Shown here in pieces: positions 50,639 to 64,000 of a DNA stretch of 64,000 nt. Made by a program: the position numbers and the translations under genes. Origin of the DNA: Yuukianura sp. NJ FZ-2021 (taxonomy: Eukaryota); assembly GCA_046563655.1 (NCBI GenBank), contig CM102285.1, forward strand, positions 11,718,001 through 11,782,000, written 5' to 3'. The notes under the pieces were generated by a model, which saw only the letters and a list, made by a program, of their open reading frames with translations, searched no databases and had not been told where the DNA came from. Positions within the stretch are counted from its first letter, which is position 1; each line of letters opens with the position of its first letter.

Positions 50639-53190
50639 GTTATGATTGATTATTGTCGTGTTGAAGTCGTTCGTGGGTGAGGAATCTCTGAGAAGTTGAC
50701 GCAGACCGGACTGCGTTACATCGAATAAGGTGAAGGAAATTGCCACAGCTAAAAGATTACAGAACAGAAAACATCAAATAAAGTTTCATTGTTGTCTGAA
50801 CGTATTGTTCTATACGCATTTGTATTTGTAACGCGACACTTACCAATTGGTCCCTCCCCCTCCCTCACCCAATTCATGGACAGGCCTTTGAACACACCGT
50901 GTATCAGTCCCTCTTCCCTGAGAAACAAACGTAATTTTAGTTACAGTATCCAGTAGATTAATCGATTACGTCGTCAAATGGGGTTAGAAACGTTTATTGT
51001 TAGGAATTACCCGTAGACTTTGACCAGAATCCTGAGAATTCCACCACTATAAGCTTCTCCTTTGTCCTTGGATTCCACCACCAACTTGCAGACGCCTGCT
51101 TATTACAATGTCCAAGGGATAGGAGCTCAATTCCAAATTGAAATTGCAATTAATTTGCAAATGAATTTTTTTGAAAACCGAAAGCAAAGTTTTTGCAAAA
51201 ATATTTTCCCGCTACAACTGATACAATTCGATTGATCACATGACTAAGTAGACAGCTGTTCGCTCACCCAAAGTATAGCACCAGTATAGCCATGCAGTAC
51301 AAGGTAAAGTGCAACAATCTGACCCCTTTTATTCAATTTCTAAATTATTTCCATGAATAGTATTCGTATAAACTAATTATTCTTCGTTTATAAAAATGTT
51401 CAAAAACTTAAAACATAATTTAAAGTAAGAAAAACTACTTAAGTTTGAGATAAAATAAGTATAATCTTATTATAGTAGCATAATTGGAAGAAATTGCATA
51501 CAGTTTAACTTCTCACTACAACGACGCTGTTAGGCGCAAATCCCGCCCATTCTCCCAGTCTTCCCCCAAAAATCCTTCCTATATCCATGGGAGTATAGCC
51601 CTCAAAAAACTTTCGCGAGTCAAAAATTTTTGCAAAAAAAAGACAAGAAGAGAGGAGGGAACGACACACGGTCGATATTCGACAAATTAATTAAAAATTT
51701 GCGCTTTACTGATTAAAAATTAAGTTTGAAACCCGGGAGGAAGCAAGTCCGACAGGAACCAATTGCATAAGGTAATTTCATCACCGACTAAACTTTCGTT
51801 TTCGCGGAAATGAGACGACCATAGTCTTCCCTGGCAACGAAATACCTGAGTCCAGTCCGACCACTTTGTTTAGATTCGACTAACGTAAGGTCAAAGAACT
51901 TTCAATTAAAATTGCGTTTGCGAATGTGAAATTGTGAATTTCCGCCGAAATTAAAGAGGTTTAGTATTTGAAACTTGAGAAAACTGTCCAGTCTCCACAT
52001 TCCAGACGGACCTGTTTCGAGCTGGAAAAGTGATCCATTTACGTAAGCCTCGTCATCGACTAACCGAACTTAACATCCATTTCTTTCGTATTTCTTAGCT
52101 ATTGACATGGAACACCTTCCTACCGGGGGTGTCTCTGAATCGATTTACATTATTCAGTATTTGAGGTCGAAGTGCAGGGGAAATGTTGTTTATGCAAACC
52201 TTAAATTTCAATCCTAGTCATTCTAGTTCCAGCCCGATTTGTAAACTACATGGTCATATTCATTCAAGATCCATCCTACCGAATGGCAATGGATACTCCA
52301 ACGATATTTTGTATTTGCTCTTTAACTACTGGCCGAGTGCAGTGCAGATTCTTATCAAACTGCTTGAATGATTACTGGGGGTGTCATTATCTACTAAAAT
52401 AATCTGTTCTGTGGGACATAGGATACTAACAATAAGATACCCAAGTATCACATTACACAAGTTCTGCATCGAAATAGTATTTAAAATAGCTATTTCAAGG
52501 TCACCCCGTTTCCCGTTTTTTTTATATCAAATTGACAGACTGCCAGAAAAACCGTAACTTAAGTAGGTCATAGAATTTTCTAGAATGTCACCACACATGC
52601 AAACATGGACATTCTTTTTAGTTTTTGGATTGCTTTAATTTCAAATTCCAAACAAACACCGAAACACCAACCAATCATTGAACCAAATGTTGGGTTACGA
52701 AAATTCGTAAATCTCTCAGCCGAAGTGAAACCGTGAAATCAAAAGAGGCATTGCGGGTAGGCGGAGATGTCAAAAAAAAAGTTACAAAAAGTTAGGATTT
52801 CTCATTCCGAAATTGAATTTTTCGAATTTTATAAAATCCTATTTCTGATCCCAAATTACCAAAACAAAATAGTTTTGTGTGAAATCCGAATCATTATGTG
52901 TTGCCACGTTGCTGCGACGACCAGTAACAGCGATGGCCGATGACGTGTTAAATAATCAAGAAGCGACAAGTGAAACAAAATTTTTCTGTTATTTTCCTGA
53001 CACCCTTTTTCCAGAAATGGTTGCAAATAATTTGAACAGTACTGTACTTGTCCACGATTTTTGTCTTGAACTCCTAATTAACACTTTGTTTTCTCCCGTT
53101 CCTATCCACAGATTGTCTCCCAAAATACCGAGAGTGAAGGATTTGTAGAGGATTCGGGAAGATCAGATCGATTGAGGACAGCACATCAAG

Positions 53191-56100
53191 ATGAGTGTCA
53201 TTATTCGTCTTCAGAATTTGCCATTGTCCGCTAGTGCCATGGACATTCGCGTATTTTTCCATGGTTTGTCCATTCCGGACGGCGGAGTTCACATTGTTGG
53301 GGGCAAAGATGGAGATGCATTTATAGCATTTAGCTCAGATGAAGATGCTCGTCAGGCTATGAATCTTTCAGGCGACACATTGAAGGATTCTACCATCAAA
53401 TTGCTTCTCAGTTCTCGAAATGAAATGTTCAAGGTTCTAAAAATCATTTTAACAGTCATCAATTTCGTTGTATTTTTAACCTCATTTTCAAGCGATGAAA
53501 CGTTATTCAGTACTTTAGAACAAAGTGGAGCAGAAAAGCTGATTTTACTTTACAATCCTAGTAGAATTGCGAAGAAAATTATGAATTTTGTGGTTGAAGT
53601 GTCACCAACCAGTTGTCGTGTTGTCGTCACTGCATATACACCCTAAGAAATTGATTATGTCGCCAGTGAGTCACTCGCAGTGGCAATCACAAACAAACAC
53701 AAACCCAAAAAGAATTCCAATCCAAAAACACATTTTTAGCAATTGATTTGAGCAATTCTAGGAGTAGGATTCAGCAATTTGACCTTGATGTTATACGATT
53801 CATAGATCATTCATAAGTGAAAGAAAGTTGGATAACATTTCGTCGCTTGAATTTGAGAGAATTTATCGATTAGTCTACACACTGTACACAAAAGTTACCG
53901 ATTTGAAGTATCCTGAGTTGTATTTTACAATTTATGTTTAAATATGAAGGTAATTGAACAAGCACGGCTAGCTGCAACTGGTGATGATCAAATTCAGACT
54001 CCGATTCTTAACACTGGAATTTCGCCAAGTTCCCAACCAGCTCAGAATGGCGAAAGTCGAGGAATTGTTTCTGCACCACCAGTTAATTCCTTGGATCAGT
54101 CAGCTTCCAATCAACTCCCAGCAATGAATAACACCAATGTTCTTCCAAATATGAATATGGGCATGGGCGGATTTGGGTCAGGGGTGGTCAATCCAATGGG
54201 GCTCCAGAATAACGTTATGCCCAATCCATTTCAAAATGCTAGCATGAAAGTTTCACCACAAATGAATCCGTTTATGGGCGGTGGAATGCCCGGATTTTTT
54301 CCGAATCAACAAAATCCAGCGATGAATCCCATGGGTCAACAACAACCAAATCCATTTGTAGTTCCCAATTTGCCATTCGGTCAAAATCCAATGCTCCAAG
54401 GGAATCCTATGGCTTTTTCTGGATTGATTCCCGGTGGTATGGGCGGATTGCTGCCAGGGATAATGCCTGGTATCATGAATCAACAACAAAATCCGTCACA
54501 ACAATTGACTCAAAATGGACCACCACAATTGGGGAATCTTCAGTCTCCGTTCAACCAAACTGCCAGCGGAATCCGTCCCAGCCTTCTTGGAAATCCAACT
54601 GGTTTCAGCAATATTCCCAATCCGAATCTGTTGCAAGGAGGTCACCAACCTAACCATAATAACAATGGAAACATGTTAGGTCGTCAAAACTTTTCTCAGG
54701 ACATGGATTTCAACCGTAATGCAAATGCTCGTTTCAACCAGAATCAGAACATGGAATCGGCTAATAAGTCACAACCTCGACCGCTTTTTCCAGGATTCAG
54801 AATGAATCCTGCACTTCAAAACAATCAGAACTCCGCAGTTGAATCGAATTCTGAAAGGGACAGAGGAATAGGAATGTCTAATCAGAATCGTGACCGCGAC
54901 AGACTAGGTGATCGCGATAGAGAACGCGATACCGACAGAGATTCAGTGGAGAAAGCTTCCAGTAGTTCTAGACGACGTTCAGAATCGACTGAAAGACGTT
55001 TGGCAGCAAAATCAGGAGAGAGGTCAGTAGAAAGTTGAGGTTTGAATTGTTTAGACTTTGGATTTAAAAACTGATGAGTATTTCTGGACGTTATAGGCGC
55101 AGGAGAAGTCGCAGTCGTGAACGTGATAGGCCACGAAAACGTAGCAGGTCACGCAGTCGCAGTCGTAGTCGTTCAGATCGTGATCGTCCTTCAAGTGGTC
55201 GTCGTAGGTCAACTCGAAGTAAAAGTCAAGAGCGGTCTTATGGAGACCAAGATTCTAGGAATGTTTCGATTTCAAGCGAACCGGATTTGATAATTGATGA
55301 GCCAGAAGTGATCCCTGATGCAGCCTGTGTCATGCTTACCAATGTTCCGAATCAAGCTTCATACCGTGATGTAAGAAACGTCACAACTAATGAAGTTCTT
55401 GCATGGAACATTTTACAAATGAGTTCAATGTTTTCAGGTTCGTGAATTTCTTCGAGCCGAGGCTCGTCTCTACGGTGTCATGCGAGACTATGAGAAGGGA
55501 ACGGCCTGTATTCGTCTTGATATTCCCTCGGATTTGGACAGAGTCGTTCGAAACAACGGGCGGAAGTTGAATGGGATACCAGTCGGAGTTGAAGTTGTGT
55601 CGCTGCAAGTATTCGAACAAGAATCGAGAAAACACGGTGCCCCAACAGAATATGCTTCAGCACATCGCGACAGTGCACCAGAGAAGGAACGTTTGCGTGA
55701 CGTTGACCACGACCGTGGCGGACGCAATAGAGACAGAGACATCGTCCGTCAACGTGAGCCGGACCGAGAAAGGCGACAAAGCAGCAACAGAAGTAGGCAA
55801 AAAGCTTTATCCAGGTTTAGTTTGACTCAGCACAGTTTTTGAATTTCTAATTTGGGTTTGAATTTGTAAAATTCCAGATACTGAGGAATGTTGTCTAATT
55901 ATCGAAGGACTTCCGGTGAGCTACACTGGTGCTGAAGTGTCCAAGATTACACTCGACGGCGTTATCCCAAGCGCCTACTCCGATATACATATTCATGAGG
56001 AACCAACAGATAAGCATGGTCGTCAGTATGCCACTGCCTTTGTCAAATTTCACTCAGTTGATGAGGCTGATCGAGCAGTTTCGATTCTCGCCAAGACCCA

Positions 56101-57197
56101 AATTCATGTCAAAGCAGAGGTTGCTGACATTGAGGAACTGAAGAAAATTCGTCAAGGAATCTTGCCACCATCAAGACGACCGTTGCTCAGTGATCCAGGG
56201 ATGAAGCCTTTGTTAGACTTTGAAATAATGGTATGCATGCGGTGGTGACTTTTGTACTTTTGTGATCTCCTCTAGAAACTAATAAAAGTCTTGATTTCTA
56301 GGAACTGGAGAGTTGCAATGTAATGCTCAAAGGCATTCCACTCACCATGACAGAAAATGACATCTTTGATTTCTTCGCCGACACTGGCCTAAGTCCCAAA
56401 CGAGTCAAATTCCTCAGTGATGCTCAGACGGGCAACAGAATAGCCAAAGCCATTTGTGAGTTCAACGATATTGCTCAAGCTCGTCGAGCAGTTAGCAAAG
56501 ATGGTCACGTGTTTGGCCGAAATCCCATTGGAGTTCGAATGTTGCCACCAAGAGATTCTATCAATCCATCAGCAGCATTGGTCGGTCCAGGAAGAAATAT
56601 GCCGCCTCGTCTGAGTCCGAACTTCCCTCCTCAAGGATTTCCTGGAAATCGTCCACAGGAAGAGAATCCATTTGTTCGTGCACTCAATGCCAGTGTTGGT
56701 CCACCACGAATGCCTGAACCCATTAGAGAAAATCAGCGTGGTGGGATAAGAGGCCGTGGAATTGTAATGACACTGGGACGAGGCAGAGGTGGCCTGACCA
56801 GACCAAATCACTTTCCAGCTGATTCAACAACTAATGACAACCATCACAATAATGAAGCTCCACCATCGTTTTTCGAACGAAAAGGTACTAAAATTTGACT
56901 TTCTTCAAACATTTTCCGTCTCAACATCACTTTTCAATTGAAGGTTGTGTGTTGGCCATTACGAATCTTCCATTTGGTGCAACTATGGACCAGATCATTT
57001 CGTTTTTGGCCGATACGACAGAAATGCAAATCCCACATGATCGAATCATCCGTCGGTTTAATGAGTTTCAAAAACCAACGGGTGACGCTCGAGTGGCTTT
57101 CAACAATCCATTTGAAACTAAACAGGCCTGCGACAAGCTCCAAGGATCTCGATTGTGGGGACGACTGCTGGATGTCGCCATTCTTAGTGAATTCTAA
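53191..57197 (+). CDS. RBM12: RBM12/RBM12B-like multi-RRM RNA-binding protein
   Basis: Diagnostic N-terminus MSVIIRLQNLPLSASAMDIRVFFHGLSIPDGGVHIVGGKDGDAFIAFSSDEDARQAM, then a P/G/N/M-rich region, an RS region and further RRMs ending ITNLPF..T..QIISF...PTGDARVAF. Confidence 0.9.
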
Positions 57198-57983
57198 TGC
57201 AATGCAGAAGTTACGGCTCAACACAAACCCTGCGCAGATACACCTTCTCGTCAGTATCGTCTTACCAAATGTTATGAATTTCCTTAAGTAGTTCATGTAA
57301 GTTCAAAGTAATTCAAAGTAATTTAGGCTAAGAACATAATTTTCCTAAGATTTCTCAGGATACTAAACTAGTGTAGTGTAAAATGGAAAAAATGTTTAGT
57401 AACCTCGGCAAGATCAACTGCAGTTTTCGTACTTTTTAATTTATACAAAAATGCTTTTGTATCTTATACTGGGGCAATGACTTTAGGAGAGTGATACTTG
57501 TTCAGTACACTTGGCAGTACGCACCAAGTATTTTTGTAGTAATAATGGTAAGATCCTGGCTAACCCTTAGGCTTAATTAGCTTAGTTTTAATTAACTTTT
57601 TAACTCAAACTGCCTGAAACTGAAGGTTCTTAAAGTAAACAAAACAAGGTTAGATGTTTTTTATAACCATTGTTTTATTCTGGAACTGAACAGGTTAGAA
57701 GTGTGTCTTTTTTTCGTTTGATCGAAAATAAATTAAAACTGAATTAATTGGACTAACACAAGAACTTAAATTTAACCAACCTTTTGCTTAGTTTGTTAAG
57801 GTTATCCCAACTATTAGAAATGTTGGTTCTGTTTTTAGCTAATAAATATCCTGGAAACTATAACCATTCAAAATGCAGACTCCAATTCGCAATAGAAAAT
57901 GACACCTTGAAGCGTCTTTGAATGATTGGATAATTTCGGACGGATTATTTCACATTTTATCATGCAACAAACGGATGAACTGC

Positions 57984-60900
57984 TCAAATCGTCCCAAAAT
58001 CCGCTGGAAAATCGTGAATCTCCTTAATTTTTTCTACTGGTGAGCCATTTAGAGCGTAATTGATTTTTAAACGAATCTTCAAAACTGCCTGCAAAACAAA
58101 AGCAAAAGAAGGAAGTGTCAGTCACAAGCGCATCAACTTTTTTCAAAAATCTGGATAAATATGGACGTCGTACCTTATTCGGATTTCCTATTATAATCTT
58201 TTGTGTGACGACTGTACTCTGACTGATGACTGTTCCGGAAGGAGGATCTAGTGTGAGCTGGAATGTCTGAAATTGAAAATGACATCAAAATCATGTTCAC
58301 GTCATAAGTATAAGCTGTGGTTACTTACCTTTGGAACGGCGGCTTGAAATATAAAATCTGTGATTTGACTATTAGGACTCTTACTCCCGGATCTCACTTG
58401 CATGGCAATACTTGTTGGATTGGAATATGCAAGGAGAGGTACAAAAATAATCCAAATATGTTCGTCATAGTAAGCTACAAAGGCTTTCCCATATTCTGAA
58501 ATTTTCAAAAATTCCAAATCAAAATTACAAGGTAGTACATTTTCATTTCAAGTTGTTACATTTTCCTAAACGAAATTATAAGACTGCGACTCTCACCTGA
58601 CATTATTCCATCTTGCTCCGCTCGTTTCCACAAAGTGGAATTTTGCTCCGAAACCGGAAGTGTGAAAAAGTTAAGCGGGAAAAACTGGCCTGGAAGCAGT
58701 TCGAATGGAGTCGGAGTTCCATGAATTCCACCGTTCAACGAACTTCCTCTTGGTTGAATTCCAGATAGTCCAGGAATACCAGCCCCCATAAACGAAGATG
58801 GGCCAAATAGATCTAATCCACCAAGTCCGACAGCAGGCTGTTGTGGTATTGTTGGTGCTGGACTGAATAAATCACCTCCAGTGGAGCCACCCAGTAAATC
58901 AAGTAAGTCATTGCTGAAATTGCCCATGCCACCACTGCTGGATGGTGACTGAACAGAAGCTCCGGATCCCAACAGTGAAGGTTCATTCCAAACGGGCGAC
59001 GGAATGACAACGTCGTGTTCACCCGTGTCCATGCCTCCGAGCAAATCCAAAATAGCGTTCTGAAAACATGTGAAATTTTTACATCTAAACAAATTCGCCA
59101 GATCGTAATATGAAACGAGAACTTACGGAATCACTGGAATGGTCAACTACAGTGGCATTTGCCTCTTTGATTGGGCTACCAAGAAGTGGTTCGTCGCCAT
59201 CTGGAGAACTGTCAGTTGTTGCCCCATTTCGTTTGGTGTCCATAGGCAATGGTAACATTTTCTCGAGAATTGGTCCACGTAAATGTTCATACGAACGACA
59301 CAGAGCTCCAAACTCTATCGCTCTCTGCTGTAAGTCTATGTTGAGGTGTGATCCGAAGATATCCACAATTGATCTGAGTGAAAAATGAAATAACTTTATT
59401 ATCCTGTATGACATTTCCAATAGAATAAAAAACGACTCGTTACCTGACACGTTCTAGTGTTTCTGGCACACGCGCTGACAACTTCTCCAACGCCAACATG
59501 CAATATTGTCTACAACATTAATTGAAGACACCAATCAATCAAGCATTCTTTGTAAAGTTAGTTTAGTTAATATCCATTAACGTACCTTGTAACTAAGGAA
59601 CCATGCGGCGACCAAAGCATTTGTTGAAAACCGTCAATGACTTGATTTGCTGTGACTTCCGTATTGGATGGCGTCAGAAGCAAGTCACCGTACTCCCCAA
59701 CGCACCAGCAGCAAACTTGAACCAGAGGTTGGAAGTCCTCCATGCTCTTCAGCCCTCTAACGGATTCCCAAAGGCATGCAACAGCATCTGCTTGAATACT
59801 TGGACAATTTGAAATCAACTGCAACGTAGAGGAAACGACATCTTCACGCACGTAGTTTCCGGTCTATAAACAGAAATAAACCATTGCATGACTGTCAAAG
59901 ACAATCCATTGCAAACACTTTCACTTACCGCTTGAAGAATGTCTAACAAAGTATGGAAATGCCATGACGGTGTAGGAGAATGCCTTTCGGCAATCGAAAC
60001 CAAGTTCGACGCACAAACAGATTTGACTTCCGGTTCCGATCTTCCAAGGAATGCAAGCAGTTCTCTCGTCATCACCTCCAAGTTGGATTCATTCACAAGC
60101 TGAAAGCAGAGCTCCATTGCACGACGACGGATACTCACATCAGGATCCTAATGACACAAAAATCAATCACTAAATACACAAAATTAAGCAGCATCGTAAG
60201 ATAAAATGCGTTCGAACCTTGAGGCAATCCAGAACAGTACATCTATGCCGCTGAACTGCATTCTGGTCCAAAGTGACAGTCTTCTGTAACGTTGTTAAAG
60301 CCACGTAACGGATATTTTTATCAGAATTTAGCAGAAATCTTCCTAAAATGTTCACAGCCAAAACACGAAGTCCTGACTCCGACTGGACATCCATTATTGC
60401 ATGAACCGTTTCGTATAAAATCGCATTTCCGACGTTCTTGCTGGTCTCGGTGTTGGTGGCAACCTGAAACAATGGAAACATCATGTCAGTAATTCGGATA
60501 TGTTTAAAGTTGATAAGATGAAGTTATGTTTAAGAGCAAGTTTTTACCTGTGCCAATAGATCATTCATAGCCTCCGCAGCCTCGGTATCTCCACGTCCCA
60601 GAACTCTGAGCAGTCTCAGAAGCTTGACTTGCAGGAATGGATCACTGACTCCTGAAACGTCGTGTTCAGGAGAGTATCCAGACAGAATAAGTGTTTTCAT
60701 CGTGCGAACCAGTGTCGGAATCATCTGAAAATTGAAAATAAGGAATTAGATTACTGCAATAATTTCAGAGCGATTGCCACCATTATGTTTGGGGAAGGAA
60801 AATATTTCCAGTTGCACACCAGAAGGACCACATCAGATGAGAAATGACAACGAAAAGAGAGCAGCACTGAAGAAGCATAAAGCTGCGACTGCGAACGTGA

Positions 60901-63390
60901 AATAAAATTTAGTAAGAGGCAAAAGTGTTTCAGCTGGTGGTACATCTCGTCACCAAGAAAATAAAGCATGTCACAGAAGGATTTTTCCCAAGAGAGATGA
61001 GAAGTGTCCGAGTTTTCACTGAACCAATCTTACCTCGTCAGCACTGCATTCCTTCATTTTGTTCATGTGAAAGTCACGGACAAAATAGAAACAAACAGAA
61101 AAGAAAACATGAAAACAATGAAGCTAAACATCTACTTTCTCGTGTTAAAATTAGACTACGAGTCTACCAAAGTTAAAGGCCATCAAAATCTTTTTGTGAC
61201 CCTTTAGCTGGCAATACAATTTAAAAATGTTAAGATTTTAGGAGACAACACAGGTTGATTATCACAAAGCTAACCTTCCTAAAGTAGTTGTAAGTATCCG
61301 GAGACTTTTCACACATTTCGGTAACAAGCGTCACAGCCGTGATTAAAACTGCATGATTCTTTTCCGCAATCAACGTTCTACAAGCTGGAAATCACAAGGA
61401 AATAGAGTTTGAAAAGTTATAAATTGAAAAACAGACATTTTTAACAGTTACGTTTCTTACCTGGTAGAAAAACTTCAATCAATTCTGGAGCTTTTCGAAC
61501 TATCCGAAAAGCACATAAAGCAGCCTTTTTCCTCAGGTAGGCATTGGACGATTTCAGTAACTTTTCTACTTCCGGAGCCAAGTCTCGAGACATTTCAACC
61601 GATGCAATCGTGCCAAGCGTACACAGAGCCAAGCCAACAACAAACTGAGCCGTGGAATTCAAGTCACTAAAAAAGAAAGTAGAATTTCAATTAACATTGC
61701 AAACTTGAGCATTTAAACCATCTTCATGTTTTCTTCAAATTTCAGAGTCATCACTTACTTTTTCAAGACGTTTGTAATAAGAAGATGGGTGTCCTGTCGC
61801 TCATCCAAAAGCAGCATTGCTCCCAAATACCCAATCCTTTTATCCGTAAATCTTGAAGAGGCGATCAGTTTCAAGCATTCCAGTTGTCCAAAATGTGCTG
61901 GATACCCTAGCATATGGATGTACAGGAGCTTTGCAACGGAGCGGCATCGCCAAACGGAGTCTTCATCACGGAACGTGTTCCGAATATTTGCACATTCCTT
62001 GTTTACGACTTCGCGTTCCTCTGCTGCCGTTCTTGCTGCCCGGATCATCCGAATGAGGTCACGAAGCCGCAAGGGAGCTGGCATCTTCACTGTTTTAATA
62101 AAATTAACAATAACGTCAGTTATATCTCGTATATCTTTTTCGAAATCCATTTCGGATCGTCACCAAACAAAAACTCCTTCACGTTTGGTTTTGTGGTAAA
62201 AATAACACGACTCAGCTTCAGTTTAACCCCGAAAATGATGTGTTTGTAATTTAGGCGAAAACTATACATTACCCATCTCCATCATTTTCGTGTTATCTCT
62301 GCCAAATGACAAATGAGCAGCGATATCTTAACGATAAGGTCGAGCCGCGGTGCAAACAATGCTGAGGGATGAAAAACAATGGTTTTGGCAATTTCAAAGC
62401 TCTTAGAGGAAGTAGCTAGATAACGGGACGGGAATCATTATCCAAATAAATCCCAGGCACAAATCAATTGGTGTGTTCTATTTCTTGTTTTACGGTTGAT
62501 CAGTTATCGCTTGCTCCACGCTGAGCGAGCAACGAAGAAAATCGATCCGAAACAATCCGCACTTAATTCATTAACAGTAAGTCTATCGTTTTGCAAAAAA
62601 TTGCCAAATTAAATACTAGGTTTAATAATTGATTTCCTCACAAATAAAATCCGGATTTGGCGATACGGGATAAAAAGGTTCATTCTCTTTACAAACAAAG
62701 TCAGTTAGAAAATTATTCGCGCTCTTTTTCAACCAAAATTTCATGAATGAAGTGGCTTACACATACGCATTAGAATCGCGGCTTCTGATTGGCTGCTGGA
62801 TTCCGAGGGAATGGAGTAGTACGCACTACGCACGTGCTTTTTACAACTTTTACTACGAGTACCGTTACATCCCGGAGAGTCCATTCTTAACTTAACGCAA
62901 TTTTCATTCATAGAAAATGAAAAGCCTCCCATTCATCAAATCCCCAACCTTCCTTGAAATTTAGTAGAACTTTTCTGATTTTTCAATTTCCAGGTATATT
63001 TAACGTTAACACGCTTTCAATAACAATTAATTAATTAATTAATTAACCCAGCCTCGCGTTTTCAAGCTCCGAAGTTGAATATATGTGTTAACTTACTAGG
63101 AGCTCCTGTCGGATTCAAAAGCATTTCGATCAACTGGAAATTGTAGTTGAACTTGATTAATTAAACCAAAATTCCGCAATTTTTGTATCAACAACACAGT
63201 TAAATAAGTTATTTCAAATCGATTACTATGTGTTGTTTAACGTAGTCCCGGCAGTACAGGGCGCAAGGAATTGCAACTTTTGCTCAAACGGGAACAAAGG
63301 AACGTAGTGTACCGACTGAAGTCTGTTTTTTGATTTACCTCTTTCAACCGCATCGTTGATAACTTGCTTGATGGTGTTGGCCACTTCCAT
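57984..63390 (-). CDS. AP1G1: AP-1 complex subunit gamma-1
   Basis: [67 protein letters not shown], clathrin-box-like LLDLL hinge motifs and an ear domain (FIFQAAVPK). TGA at 57986-57984. Upstream exon 63390-63339 ([17 protein letters not shown]) splices in phase to 62089 (VKMPAP). Confidence 0.95.
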
Positions 63391-64000
63391 TGTGGTAACT
63401 TTCTTAGATTTCTTGGTTATAGTAGACAGCCTGAATCCTTATGTTTAGCTACTTCGGTATAGTAATGTTGGGTGCTGCTGATTAGCTAGCAATAGAAACG
63501 AAACCGCAAAACGGACGTCACCGCAGTCTTTACAGCAGTGTCCAAGCTACCAAATCTGGAACAAGTGAAAGAAAAAATCAGTTATACATCAATGTCGAAT
63601 CGCTAAAATTTTACATTTAACTGAACCAATAGCTGTCTCTTCTTTACATACGGTGCTTAAGATTAACATTTTCCAAATTTTCTTTGACAAAATATATTCA
63701 AATTTACTACAGTCAAACAGTAAAACTTGTTTACTGCAAAGGAGTTAATGAAATTGGAGATTGAATGAATGACCTGATTCGATTCGATTAGATGGAGAAA
63801 GCACTCTTGACAAGTGTAACAGCTGACATGCACTGCTTGCCACTTTAGAATTCCGATAATTAACTTAACACAGTTTAAGCTGAAGAAAGTCAGTAAGAAA
63901 CGTATGGATGGATGGAAAGTTAAACAGTACAAACGGATTGTTGTGAAAAATTAGTAATCGATTGATACAGTTGGATTTATAGTCTCCGAATCACTTCTGA

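Overview
This is eukaryotic, gene-dense, AT-rich DNA with short GT-AG introns (mostly ~55-90 nt); the protein families point to an arthropod (inference). Hand-spliced genes, in order: 3' part of an E2F4/5-like factor (+), MANF/ARMET (+), a membrane-anchored JmjC/cupin-like protein with large introns (+), a kinesin-8 (KIF18-like) with a very long tail (-), a DC-STAMP/DCST (sneaky/spe-42-like) protein (-), ANKRD27/VARP (-), a small MYND-finger protein (-), TAF11 (-), FAM49/CYRI (+), oligoribonuclease REXO2 (-), a p62/Ref(2)P-like ZZ-LIR-UBA protein (-), an RBM12-like protein (+) and AP-1 gamma (-). Non-coding parts hold several TIR/TSD-bounded MITEs (two hAT-type nested in a TA-flanked one), a 15-bp minisatellite and long hairpins. 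Most notable: (1) the MYND protein looks like a fungal-type family and is a candidate domesticated horizontal transfer; (2) a 43-codon MCM5 fragment ends in a perfect 21-bp fold-back next to the minisatellite; (3) the p62-like gene appears to lack PB1; (4) AP-1 gamma has a candidate 18-nt microexon and alternative first exons; (5) a 53-bp-arm intronic hairpin abuts a branch point in VARP. I recognised no rRNA, tRNA or CRISPR. All family assignments come from motif recognition, not database searches.
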